64,000 nucleotides of DNA from Phoronis australis (lineage: Eukaryota; Animalia; Phoronida), in NCBI GenBank assembly GCA_002633005.1, contig NMRA01000096.1:434001-498000 (forward strand), written 5' to 3'. The notes under the pieces are model-generated. The model saw nothing but the letters and a program-made list of their open reading frames with translations. It was not told the DNA's origin and ran no database searches. A program made the position numbers and the translations under genes. Positions 26,143-38,700 of this stretch are shown piece by piece (position 1 is the stretch's first letter; each line of letters begins with the position of its first letter).

Positions 26143-27699
26143 GCTTTAGAAAGGATCTCAGTATCTTACCGAAGTTTGTTGTCCTTTTTACACAATGCTA
26201 TGTTGTATTGTATTTTGATATCAACTTGTTTGTAAACCATGCTTACGAGATGTTGAAATTCCGCAACTTGGTTTGACCCTTTCATCTAACCGTCGTGAAA
26301 CTGGTCTTGTCCTGTTTCTTGCTCGACACTACCAGTTCGTTATCGCCGGAGACCATGTAAGGTGCCTAACATGACCTGCCGTTACAACCCAAAGTTATTG
26401 AACATAGTCAGGCAGTAAGAAATTGTCAATTTGCCCTAGTTCACGGACCTGTTCCATAGACGCAGTACACTCGCGAAACGCAAGATAACGCAAATCTTCA
26501 CAAGATATCACCATGCATTACGAGCAAAGCCCGTGATCACACTGAATTTACACGCGACATTCTTGCGTCTGGAGACCTCAACCCATATGAGAGGCCTTTT
26601 AAAAAACAGAAAGGCCAAACACAAACGTGAGTCGAAATGAAATGGAAAGGGTGGGCTGTGAAACTCGTGCATTTCAACTGTTGTCGAAGTTATGAAGCCG
26701 ATACGAAAGCCGAATTTCCACTGAAAGGAAATGTGCATTCCGTGGAGCAGTTAATGCTTCTTTGCAACCTCAAGTGAAAATTATTCACCACATTTGACCT
26801 TTTAGTAAAAAAGAGAAAACATGATTGGAGTAATTACAGTTGTTACCACTTTTAACAAACTTGCCGAAGTTTACTTTTTTATCGGTACATCATTGCAGGA
26901 TATCACGTTTGGAGTGAGCACATTGTCTAAAGGACAGGCGTTCGTGATAATTCAAAAAACAATATGCCGCTGTATTTAATTTTTGTCCGGAACCTACTCC
27001 TTCCCCCAAATCCTCCTGTTCACACACTAGAAGTAGACAAACCTTTGGCGAGCCATACATATTTGCTCCAGCGACTGCAATGTACCTTGCAATCGCACTC
27101 GTTTATAGTTACAGCGTCGCATTTTTGTGAGTGCTTCGGGCGACGTTTCCTTTTAGGCACAATGTATCTTAAAGGCTATTACTTAAATATGAGTCATATA
27201 CGATGCATTACTAATATCGGAAAATAAGTGGAAAGTTTGTGCGTCTTTTGGAAAAATCATCCACTTGAGCAGCACATTCCGAATGCTGCTCCCGTGGTGG
27301 CTAAGAATCCTCCGCAGTGCCATTGAACACAAGCTAACACGAGCGTGTACTGTAAAATTACATTGCTCAGATTAGAAGCGATCATTTCTCATTTTTGTCT
27401 GGGGAAGATCTGGTAATAATTTCTCGAGTCTAGCTCGCTTTACTCGACTGTCTAGTCATTCTCTGCGCCGCACATGTTTAGTGCTAACGCCTGCCAGATC
27501 TTCAGACGTCCAGAAATCACCTCTCACCTGAGCAAGGAAAAATTGAGACAAGTACATGGTCTAAATCAAAAGTTAGTATTTTGGACTAAATGCTTGTTTC
27601 TAGCAGCTTTATAATTGATTTTCTTTTTATTCTAACACTGTGGTCTTGGTGTTGTAGACTTGTAGTTGTAGCATATCCCATCTTGTCACAATAGGAGTC

Positions 27700-28125
27700 C
27701 AGTGGCAAGTTGCATGAAACAGTCCCAAATAGGGACTCAGCTAAGTTCCCTAAATCTTTCGCGTATTAGTTTCGTTCTTTACTCAAATATGTAATATTTT
27801 TTTCTATTATGTTATCTTTACTATGAGCTCCTCGTTAACTAGTGACACTTTCTAATAATATAACTAAAAACTGAACCCTTAACTAAATCAAAATAATTAG
27901 GGACTTAGTCCTTCAATTAGAGGCGTTGCATGAAAGGATTCCAACCTATTTTCAATAATATTGATAATTCAAACCACAGTTCACTCTTGATTTGCATAAA
28001 AGCCAAGCATTGGCTTAGTAATGATACTCAAGCACCATGTGAAAGGACAAGCCCACAAATACGCAATAGATTTAGGGAACTTAGCTGAGTCCCTATTTGG
28101 GACTGTTTCATGCAACCCGCCACAG
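27700..28125. mobile_element. MITE with ~57-bp TIRs
   Basis: CAGTGGCAAGTTGCATGAAACAGTCCCAAATAGGGACTCAGCTAAGTTCCCTAAATCT ... AGATTTAGGGAACTTAGCTGAGTCCCTATTTGGGACTGTTTCATGCAACCCGCCACAG; second family member at 10745-10994. Confidence 0.85.
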
Positions 28126-28207
28126 AAAGGCTCCGTAAAAGGATGCCCCATACTGTATCCTATTGAATTTTCTTGTTGAAATTATTAATCCAAATAACTG
28201 CCTCTTT

Positions 28208-28422
28208 GCATGCGCGCACCCAGGGGGTGGGGTAGGGCTCGGGGAAACGGAAACTCCGAAAAAAGTAGAAAACGAGACAAAAGTCCGCTAAAAAGGCAAG
28301 AACTACCAAAATTTGGCATATGAACAATTCACAGCTCTGAATGTACCCCGTGAATCTAAGTAACAGGTCCACATTCTCAAAAATTCGAGCCCTCTATTCT
28401 TTTAGGCTGGGTGCGCGCATGC
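28208..28422. mobile_element. Small MITE-like element (215 bp)
   Basis: Perfect 16-bp TIR GCATGCGCGCACCCAG...CTGGGTGCGCGCATGC, flanked by TTT on both sides. Confidence 0.7.
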
Positions 28423-28759
28423 TTTGCCTATCCGTTCCAAAAATTAAAAATATCTAATAAACAAGACTTATAATCAAAACGCTCTAATCTGTAAGACTTT
28501 AAATCAGCGATCCATTCTCTAGGTAACGGTATGATGACCTTGATAGTAGGTGGAGTCCTGTCATAGTGGATCAACCTGGGGGGTGAAAATGATATTCATT
28601 AAATCATTTCGGATCAGGGCAAATTTGTTTTATGTACGCAGCAGTTTTCTAACAAGCCTTTATCGTGTACACTCGCCTTATGTATGCAAACAAAACTTCT
28701 GACAATCACTCCCGTTCTCCGTCTGCTCAAGTGCTAAGGTACAAGCGTATTGAAAGGAA

Positions 28760-28781
28760 GTCGTCATGGAGACAGTAAACA
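28760..28781 (+). promoter_or_regulatory. RFX X-box (GTCGTCATGGAGAC) adjacent to forkhead/FOXJ1-type site (GTAAACA)
   Basis: About 140 bp upstream of the ATG of a ciliary gene; close match to the X-box consensus GTNRCCATGGYAAC. Confidence 0.6.
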
Positions 28782-28913
28782 ATATGGCCGCTAATAACTT
28801 AATACCCCAGTCGGCACGCGAACCTATCTATTGATCAGTCGGAAAATACAGACCGAAGTTACTGTGATTTCAAAACAAGGACTTGTGGTCGTACCACCTG
28901 TAAATTAATCAAC

Positions 28914-31900
28914 ATGGCTGTGATGCCACCGATGATCACTCGGAAAAAAGAAGTGAGACAGAAGTTTGAGTAAGTTTCTCCTACTTATAAGTGACATTTT
29001 ACATCCTGGACTAGATAACTCCTGGTACGGAAATCGATCTTCGATTTACTTAGCGCGGAGTTTACCTGAATTTAACATGTTCATTGAGTAATTATCATAA
29101 ATTAAGAACTTTTGTATGTTAATCAGGTAGCATAGGACTTCTACAGCGTGAACGTTGGGAGAGAACCGGGTCGTGTCAGCGTTATCCATTCATTCGTATA
29201 CTATACGGTAGTCGGTTAACCTATTATGACTCTGTTTTGTTTGCCCGTTATCGGTATACACGGAGCTCGAATTATTGTAAAGTACATATGTGACTACAGA
29301 CAGGTGCATTAGTTTGCTTCGTAAGGTACATTTGCATCTCAACATTTTTTTTTGTTTGACTTGGGTCTATCCATCTCGAAAAATAAAACGTTCTTTTCCC
29401 ATGAAAATAAAATGTATGGATTATTTTACATATGCGCATAAAGCGGAGTCGCATCTGCATGAATAAATGACATACTCTAAGGTCCATCTGAATTTGAAAT
29501 ACATAATTGACGGTTTTCAATCAAACCTCTTGACATGGGAAACAAACAAATTGACTCAAAGTGCCGGACTTGGGCACCAAAAGTATCTGCAGTGATCCGT
29601 GGACTGGCTACGTAAGTCAGCACTCACACGTTACGACTTACTCATACAGAATTTTTTGATATACAACTTTTTGGTAACGGTGCGGGGCCCCGGCAAGCGC
29701 AAGGGCCAGGACACGTGCCCAAGGTGTCGGTATGGTTAGCACGAGAATGACAGCATTATGTTAGAAAGCATCGACGTCATAATGTGAATCAAACGTCATT
29801 ATGGATAAAGACATTAATAGCAATACTTAAAAATTATTGATATGGATAAACAAACGAAGTTAGCTTTACATCCTGTGTTCAAACAGAAGCGAAAAATTCT
29901 GACAGCTACAAAGTGGTAAGACAAAGCACTCCTTGAGCTGTACTAAAGCATCCATAGGATTTTAGAATGCTTACCTCGTCTTCTAGGAAAATTGGGCGTA
30001 ATCAATACTGCCTTGTATACAATATAGGTGAACAATTACACAGACCTGGTTATTTGTACACCGTGTTGAATAAAACGCGGCTTCTGCCGATTCTAGTTTC
30101 GCAGAAATCTTTCCTCTCATAAGAACTTTTGCGAGAGGACCTTGAGGAGCTGAGCTAGAATTGCAAGAAGCTGGTGTTTTGTTCAACAACACCTACATTA
30201 AAGAAATGTTATTGAAAAACATGAATTCATTTAATCTGGGGATTTTGTCAAAAGATGTGGTGCCAGATAAGCCGTCATTATATCGACAGGCTGTGCGATA
30301 ATATCTTCAATTTTCGAGCGAATGCAGCGTTAATAACTCGAACCTCGTCCTATGGTATGTTTAGAAAATACGACGGAATGCGAAGAGTTAGCGTGGTCAT
30401 ATTTCTGTCTTTTCCATGTATGCAGCTGCTCTTGATTTGAAGCCTTGTTTCCCGTAGATACCAGGTCTTTATTTGAACACGTTCCTCATTTCCATTAATT
30501 TTGTCCATTACGATGTTGACGTTCACTTCACTTTGTGGATTCTGCTATCCTGGCAAAATATTTGCACTTGCCATTCATCTTAATGTCACAACCTTGTCTC
30601 GTTGAAGCCTTTTGATGACTTTGACTTGCAGTGTCATTCAAAATACCATACCCATAACATTGTCTCCGTGAATACGATCAATGATTAATAGCCTTCTACG
30701 TAAGCAGGTTTCACCTGTTTTATGAGATCCTCACTGTGGAATGCTACTAATGTATATTTACCGTATAATTGAAATGGGATGCTGATATTACTTGAAATTA
30801 AAAACTGTCGCCGTTTTGAGAAATGTTCTTTGAAATTAATCTAACTTTTTTTAATTATCCTACCCGTAATTGTGTTTTTTCAACAAATCGTGAACGTTCG
30901 TACATTGGTTAATATCAACTTAATCCTGCGCGATGCAATCTTCTCACAGATGTTATCGCAGTCTCTATCATATCTTACTGGAATTTGTTTAAAAGGATCA
31001 CCACTATCTTTTGGTTAAATAAAAAGCAAACATAAATTTATGTTATTCACGTTCAGTTGTAGCGAAGACACCATCTCAAACACTAAGCAGTTCAGCGGAT
31101 CAATGCCGCTGGCTCGCCTTTGCATTGCTATAATGAACGGCAAAGCGCATGTTTGGTCACTGTTAAATTCCCTGCCCCTCGGTCATAATCTCGGGTCCAC
31201 TACTATTTGTCATTTGAATGGCACAGGTATTTAAGGTCACCTCCACAAAAATACTTCGTGCCTTGCTTTGTATATTTTATAAAGTCGCTTTGGAGACAAT
31301 TTTTCATAGCTAGCTTCTTCGGTCGTATAAAAGGGTGAAAATCAACAAGCTCTCTCTAATGGGCTCTAACGCACACGCGGCGTGATTGTTAACAATTCAT
31401 GCCTCATCACACCCATTAAAAAACGTATTGTGGTTGTATATAGAAGGTTTTCGATCGCTGGTATCTAAAGCACTGGCTGTGCGTTGGTCCTTTGTGAAGT
31501 TTCTGTCGACCTACACTTGAATTACGTAAATTAATGTAGCGTTCTATCGACCGCTTTAAGCTCAACACAAGGACATACAAATCACGATCTATAATCCTTG
31601 AGCAATGCTAGGCAACTTGGTTGGGACAGTCTTAATTTGCGCTGGTGCAGTCTTAATTTGCTCTGGCAGGGTTGCACGACATAACGGAGCGTGCACTGTC
31701 GATGCACGCTCATGTAACTAAATAAGGACGTATAATTGGATACCATTCGGTATTTTGTACCTCAAAAGTAGACAAGAACAGGTGGTCATTGTAGAATCAT
31801 AACACAAACGATGCCGTTGCCACGAAGGTAATATTGCTTTTCAAGTGGTTTGATAATTCCTTTTAAAAAAGCTAGTGGGCCATTTTGATACAAATTCTTT

Positions 31901-34629
31901 GTTCACCTGCCGCGTAGACTATAGTGCAGATCATAACTAACTGCCACGGAGTTTCTATTGAACATTCTTGTATAAAATTACGAGAAGAAACCTAATCCAG
32001 TATGTGTTCCTACACTAAAAAGAATGAGGATATCGACAAGGTCATTTTAGCTTTGGCCACCGGAAAAAGTATATAATAGCTTTGTTCTGATTCCAAACTC
32101 TGTTCACCTTCTATAAGTTTATTGCTTGCGGGTGACACTTGTATTCTTGATGAACGTTGTCTCTTTTCAGTCCCGACACATTCAGAATCTTTGGGGAAGT
32201 TGCCGATATCCGCCGGGAAAGGTTACTGCAGCAGCCCAGAGAAGGCGTATCAAACAAGTACCACAAAATGCCCGATATCTTTGCTACCTCTGTCACTCTA
32301 CCGTCGGAAATAGCAACATATGGACTGAGAAACGCAGAAATAGATTTTCGAAAACACAGGCCGCATCCAACTGGGTGCAATTTTTTACGTGAGAATGCTA
32401 GACTTATAAATGAACCAATATGTTCAGTGCAAACATTTACACCTGGTAATCGGCCTAGACACAACAATGTTGCTCGTGATCACTACTGGTGGCCAAATTA
32501 TTCCGGAACACCCTCAGTGACGAAGCCAAAATTTACTCTCGACACCACGGTGCGACTGGATTTTCGATACGACAAAAAGTCAGCGCCTGCTAAATCGACG
32601 AGGCATAGTGCAAATACAGGCTTTAATAGAGCACTAGGAATAGGTAAGTATCTTTTTACTTTACCTGTAGGCCTAGTGTATGACAATGTTCACTCCATGT
32701 TGAAGAACTTAAGGGATATGAAAAACGTGGTGGGTAAAGTGATGTTTTAACCATTTCGCAGGATATGAATGCGACCGTACGTACGTAGTGTTGACTTCTG
32801 CGCTGGGACTAGTAGCTGAGAGTATAAATGTTTTGACCACTGTCTAGACAGGTACTGGGAGTGGAAACGAATCCGATGGCCTATAAACCCCAGCTCAGGA
32901 CCAGGAAACACCAACGAAACCCGCGGTACAAACTCCCCACACGCGCCAAAAATAAATACACTAGGTGAACAAAATGCTACCCAATCTCCAGACCCGAAAC
33001 ATGGGTGCGAGCAAGGATTCTCGTTCCCGGGTGTAGAGTTTGGTGACCCAGTACGGATTGCGTGTGTGGAGTTTATATTGCACGTTTCGTGTTCGATGGT
33101 CTTGGACTGGGATTTCGCGTATCGTAGCTGGAATTTAGAGGCACGGCCATGGAATTGTTTACGCTTTCATAGGTAGGTCGGAATATAACTTCAAATTGGA
33201 GTGTTTTGGGTGGTTTGTGACCTTGTTCTGAAACTTTTCCAACGACTTGCTAGATGTAGAAATGAAAACTATGTCAGACACTCATAACATGTATTTTGCT
33301 CTTAAGTGGTTAGTCATATTTTGTGATTAATTTGTATACAAACGAGGACCATTTTGGGTAACCTGTTATTGCAGTGCCTGTCAATACTCTGGCTGAAAGA
33401 GATGGAAGTCAAAGATTCTTCAAGGAGCGCATGTCATATGAACACGCCTACGACAGCAGGACTCTAAATAATTATCCAATCAGAAGTAAAGTACGTATCC
33501 AAGGGCGGATTCCATATCTTAAATGTTTGTCGAGATCACTGAGTCAATTAGAGTACGTTTCGTTGAGCGACTGTTTCATGAATTTGACCAGATAACAAAA
33601 GATCTGATTTAAGGGAAACACCAGTGTTTCGCGAATAAGCTCGGAATGCTAGCCTGCTATTACAACAACGTATACTAGTAAAGTGGTCGTCATTGCCGAG
33701 GCTAGAATGTTAAGTTATGGAAGTAAGAAACAAGTGAATATGCGATTTCTAGCTGCAGTTGTCTCTACTACACGAAACGTACCCCTAGCCGGTGTAATGA
33801 AATATCTCGCTGGTGTTTGTCAATCTAACAAGCATATTCTAAAATTGGCCGCTAGTGAAAAATGATTACTGGCGGACGTTAACACCGCTCATTGATTTTC
33901 TCGGTTGCCCTCAGGCAAGATAGCCAAGATACCTATGGACACTTTCAGTGGTACAATGTTTGATCACTAAAAATTTCCGCACGCATCGGCAGTGGTATCA
34001 TGATCACGTGGTACAGATACGATATGGGAGCTGAGTTGCGTACTTTCAAAACGTAAGCAAATGGATCTGACACGTAAGCCCCTTTCCGTATCTGTTACTT
34101 TTATCGAAGACTGGCATTTGAAGGCAAATTCCAAGACCAAGTACCCGCGTTGTAAAACACAAACATATCTGTAATTTTGTAAAATTGTGGGGCAATATAT
34201 ATCCAAACGTCACTTGTTCGAACAGACTCATTTTTTGGTAAATTTTTGACATGACGGATTTTTGCGTTCCGTTAAATTAAAATTCGAACCGATATGCATA
34301 GGTATCGACTCTTACGTGATCTTATGTTTCATAATAGGCCTACAAAATATATCAAATGAGCCTATTTCATTCCGACACAAACTTCCACTGAACTTCGTGA
34401 TCTCATGATTTCCGGTATGTTCATTCCTAGTCATTCTCCCTAATTTCAGAGGCATGGTTCTTACGTCTACGAAGGAATGACGAAAGCTGATGCTCAAAGA
34501 TATTTAAGTCATCCCGGTTACAAGGCAATGAAACCAGGCTGGGCGCCACCTTTGGAGTTTGAAAGTAAACCGAGTTCTGCGAAGGTAGCGTCGAATGTTG
34601 ACAACCGGAACACAGAAGGCAATAACTGA
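28914..34629 (+). CDS. C2orf73: C2orf73/CIMIP6-like ciliary microtubule inner protein (4 exons)
   Basis: Phase-consistent exons 28914-28969, 32171-32643, 33375-33490, 34450-34629. Motifs NARLINEPI, WWP...FTLDTTVRLDF, GIVPV, ERMSYEHAYDSR...PIRSKRHGSYV resemble recalled C2orf73 motifs (NARFFNEPI, GIVPL, ISFIHQYDSR...PIRGKRHGAFV). Confidence 0.8.
32889..33110. repeat. Degenerate inverted repeat (old MITE-like)
   Basis: CCCAG..CAGGACCA...ACGAAAC..GC..TACAAACTCC.CACACGC is matched in reverse complement at 33060-33110. Confidence 0.45.
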
Positions 34630-35788
34630 AAAGTCCCTTTTTCAGTTTTGAAATTCTTTCAATTATCCGATATTGCTCAATTATATGTGGCGTTTTTGTG
34701 AATTCACCACAATATTGTAAAGTGCTTATTGTTACATCATAATATATATTATATATATAATTATATTTTCATTGGCAGTTGTATTGTCTTGTTATATTCC
34801 ATGCCGATTACCTAGATTTTCGCAACACTTGTTTTGAAGGCAATAGTTAATTGCAGGCATCCCAAAGCACCAATTTTATCCCCGTTATTCAATGAAGAGT
34901 TCTCAAAATGCTGGACCCCTGAAAGCGACTGCTACAATTTTGAATACAAAAAAGTGAACGCAAACTTTATTACAAGCCTGTATTTGTAAACAATGGTAAA
35001 ATATGCGAACTCAGTGAGGTCAGCACATGCTTACTAAAATACCACCACCATGGCAGCTTCAAAAAAAATCAACGTTAGGGTCGCTGCATGTCTGGTAAAA
35101 CACACGATAATAAAAAGTAATGCAAACTAAATAACGGTGTACCCGGCTGGCCTTACGACTGGACCATACACTGACATAGTCCATGTTAAAACAAATTTTA
35201 ATTTGGTTAGAAGCATTAATGCCATAAATTATGACATTTACGCTCTACCGGGTTGTTTACAGGTCCGTAACCGACACGATAATTGTTTCACTTGGAGATA
35301 AAGGGTTGAAAGTAAAAAAAATGACGCAACGATATACAAAGCTTGCAGAAATGAGTTAGGGTTCCGTTGATTCTGTGGACATGGTCTCTCCTATCCAATG
35401 AGATAAACATTAACCGGATAACTGCTTATGAAACAAATAAACCAAGCCTCCTTCTATGCACCACTGGGAATTAAGAAATGCACAAAGTTAGTTGAAAGTA
35501 CCCAGCTTGATTAGAATCTACTTTAACCTTAAACACTTATAAAAACAACAGTTACGACTTATTCTATAATATTTACCGACGGAAGTTCTACAGACACGTT
35601 ACATCCTATCATGTACGGTCTTCACATGAAACATACATAACCTACCGGTAGTTTCAAATTCTAACACCAGGGTGCACTATACAGATGTATTTGAATATTT
35701 GCACTTCTTTGGTCTTTCTATTACAAACAGGTGTACTTTCGAAAATGGAAAGCAAAACGAGAAGGTCTTCTTTCCGAAATTCGCACTC

Positions 35789-38700
35789 TTAAATTTCCCA
35801 CGATTTTAACCACTGTATGTCTGTCGTCTTGCTGTTGACATTGCCAGCTGTCGGTCCTTCTATTCCGTATGCCAATGGTAGAAACTTATAAAAGCTAAAA
35901 GAAAAAGGTATAGAATAATAATAACCAAGTAATTCGATATCGTAAACCTGGAAGTAACAGAGATCGGAAAGAATTCGACCCGTTTTAGTGAAAATTGTCG
36001 GAAGCTAGTTATGTTATGTTTCTAGACAGATAGAATACATTCAACAATTGTACGAACAAGAGAGCAGATCTAATTTCCTCTTTGAAAAGGTTAAATTTGA
36101 AAAAAAACTCCGTCAAGTCATTGATATTTTATTTAACGAAACTAGCCTGAACTACTGGTGAATTTTAATCACATTGTCTATTTTGGATACTAGTTAAATT
36201 ATTTATTCTAAAAGTGTAAAAATGCACCTGAAAGTACAAATCTCTAATCTAATTAAAACTGTAAAGCCTACTCAGCTTACAAACCATGTCTTAGTATCAT
36301 TAAGAGTAACCTTTGAATGTGATTGAAGCACAGTATTCATAAAAAATATGTAGGCGTTTAAAATTGCCCCGCATCCCGGAGTGAACTCGTCCAATCCAAA
36401 TTAGGCAGGAATAAAACATGTGATTGCACCATGACCTGTTGATGAAACTAAACGTACTAACAGTTACGTTGAAATACAACTGCGTGTCATATTTCACATA
36501 TAAAGTTTTAATCCTGAACCTAATATATAAAACGAGAAGACTAACCAAAAATTACTCGCACAGGTGAAATAACATTCGGCCCCCAGCAAAATCTACAGGA
36601 GAAATACACTCTCTAGACTAAATTTCAGAAAATTGATAGCAACTCACACGACCTAAAAATTGCAGTGGACATGCTGACTATCGCATCATTCGAGATNGGC
36701 AAACTTACACCAGTCCGGATTCCCTAGTGCCCTCTTGTAACCATGTCCCAGGGTTAGTTGTGATGTTCCCATACTTCCGTCTGCATTAAGCTCTCACCTT
36801 ATCAGCATTTGCCCAGGTAAAAATATTCTGTCACAACTGTTAACACAGATGTAGGCAAATACCAGAAGTAAATCGATTTTTTTTGTTTGACAATGCTTCC
36901 GACTTTTGTACAACGAAACCTAAGGCAAATGTTGGGGACGTTATACTCCATAGACTAGGACCCAGTAAAGCATGTTTTCTAAGCAAACATTAAAGCAAAT
37001 GAGTGCTGATTTAGGTTGTTAATCAAAACTACAGCTAAAACTGTGTTCAATTTCAATAGCTGATCGATTGGCGGGTTCACAGGTTTTTGAAGTGCTACTT
37101 AGAGTTAACCAGTTACTATTTTAATGCAGTCTGGAATTCATATATTGATTACAATTATTCTACTGTCATAAATCAAAAATTATTAGTCTTCATACTGCGT
37201 GTAAGAAGATTAAGGATTACTTATACAGTCTGGAATGTATTTAACCTTCAACATTTTGTGCCATCATATTGGTTTCTACGAGTGTGCAAGTAAATGTTTA
37301 AACGGGATAACGATGAAAAAGCAAACCTAGCAATACAGCGCCGCCTGGCTGAGCAAACCTCCGTCAACAACATCGTTAGAAAGTACAGTACAACGAAAAA
37401 TACAGATATTGGTACCACGTCGTAAGAAGACTTCAAGAATTTTAACCTTACCTGTACAAAATTATAGAAAGTGCTGCGCCGACCGTACAGTGGTACATCG
37501 TGGAAACTGCATGACCTGGTGCTACAGTGCGGGTCATCAACTGAAATAAAAGATCCAGGAAGATACCTGCAATATAGAAAGGTTGTAGTTACTCTCATAA
37601 ATGAGAGTGGTTAGCATTGCTTATGCACAATGAAACCATTGCAAGTAAAACAAAGGGACGAATGTGTTCACAATGAAAATGATAATAATTTTGCTTTTCC
37701 ATGATAATTGCAAGATAAGACAATGAATCTCCATTTCTCGAAAATCTATTGAAAAATTCTTATTAAGAAAAGCACCGAGATCAATTCTGGTGATTAGATC
37801 TGGAGCTTACAGCAATTTAACTTAACTAGTATATACTACTGACTATGATTTTAAGGTGGTAATTTGAGGCTCATGATACAAATCGTCTTGCTTTCTCACC
37901 TGTTAACATTGAGTTGAAGACAAACGCGGGATAGTAATGATGAACATAGGTAAGTCGACCGATTATGAAGAAAGGAAGGTAGTGTAACGACCAGCACAGA
38001 AAGAGCCACCAACAACTAGTAAAAGTCTTCTCTATCATGGCTGGAAACACAAATCATGAGTAGAATGTTTTTTGTTGTGCATTTCAGCATCAAGTGAATG
38101 TGTATTATTACTTAAAGCCAGACTGCACGTGCACAACCTAAGCTAACAATTAGAGTGACTATTACGTTGGTACACGTGAGTATGAAGATACGTTTTTCAG
38201 AATAAATAACGGGAGTCGAAACTATGTATTTTCCACTACTTTGAGACACCATGCACGGCACCTAAAATGACCTTACGTGGCAACCAATGGCTGATTATTG
38301 AGGCTTTTCTCGAATTATCCGAAGCCCAAAAGTGGCCTCTAATCTTTATTCTAAGGAAGAAACAAATTAATTGAGACCCGTTTCATCACGGTCTGTCTTA
38401 ATTTTTATGGAAGGCGTGTTCGTTGCAGCTTTAAAAGGTTTTTAAAAATCACCTGCTTCGTTTGGAAAATCCCGGTGCCCTCTCATTTGTCTAATTTTAT
38501 GCACGCCATAGAATAACGGAAATACGATTAACGTTGCTAAGTTGCTCCACCATATAACAGGGTTGCCCAGAAGATACACTCGAAAACCACCGTACAGAGA
38601 AAAGTGCTGGCCCTAAAACGATAAAACATGGATATTTAGACTGAAAAGCTATATGGATTAGGCTGACCAGTTTGATTAAGAAAATAAATGTATTAGTATT

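Noticed and set aside
33915-33970. Candidate extra exon of the C2orf73-like gene
   Set aside because: Stop in the required phase; the exon at 34450 supplies the expected RHGS motif.
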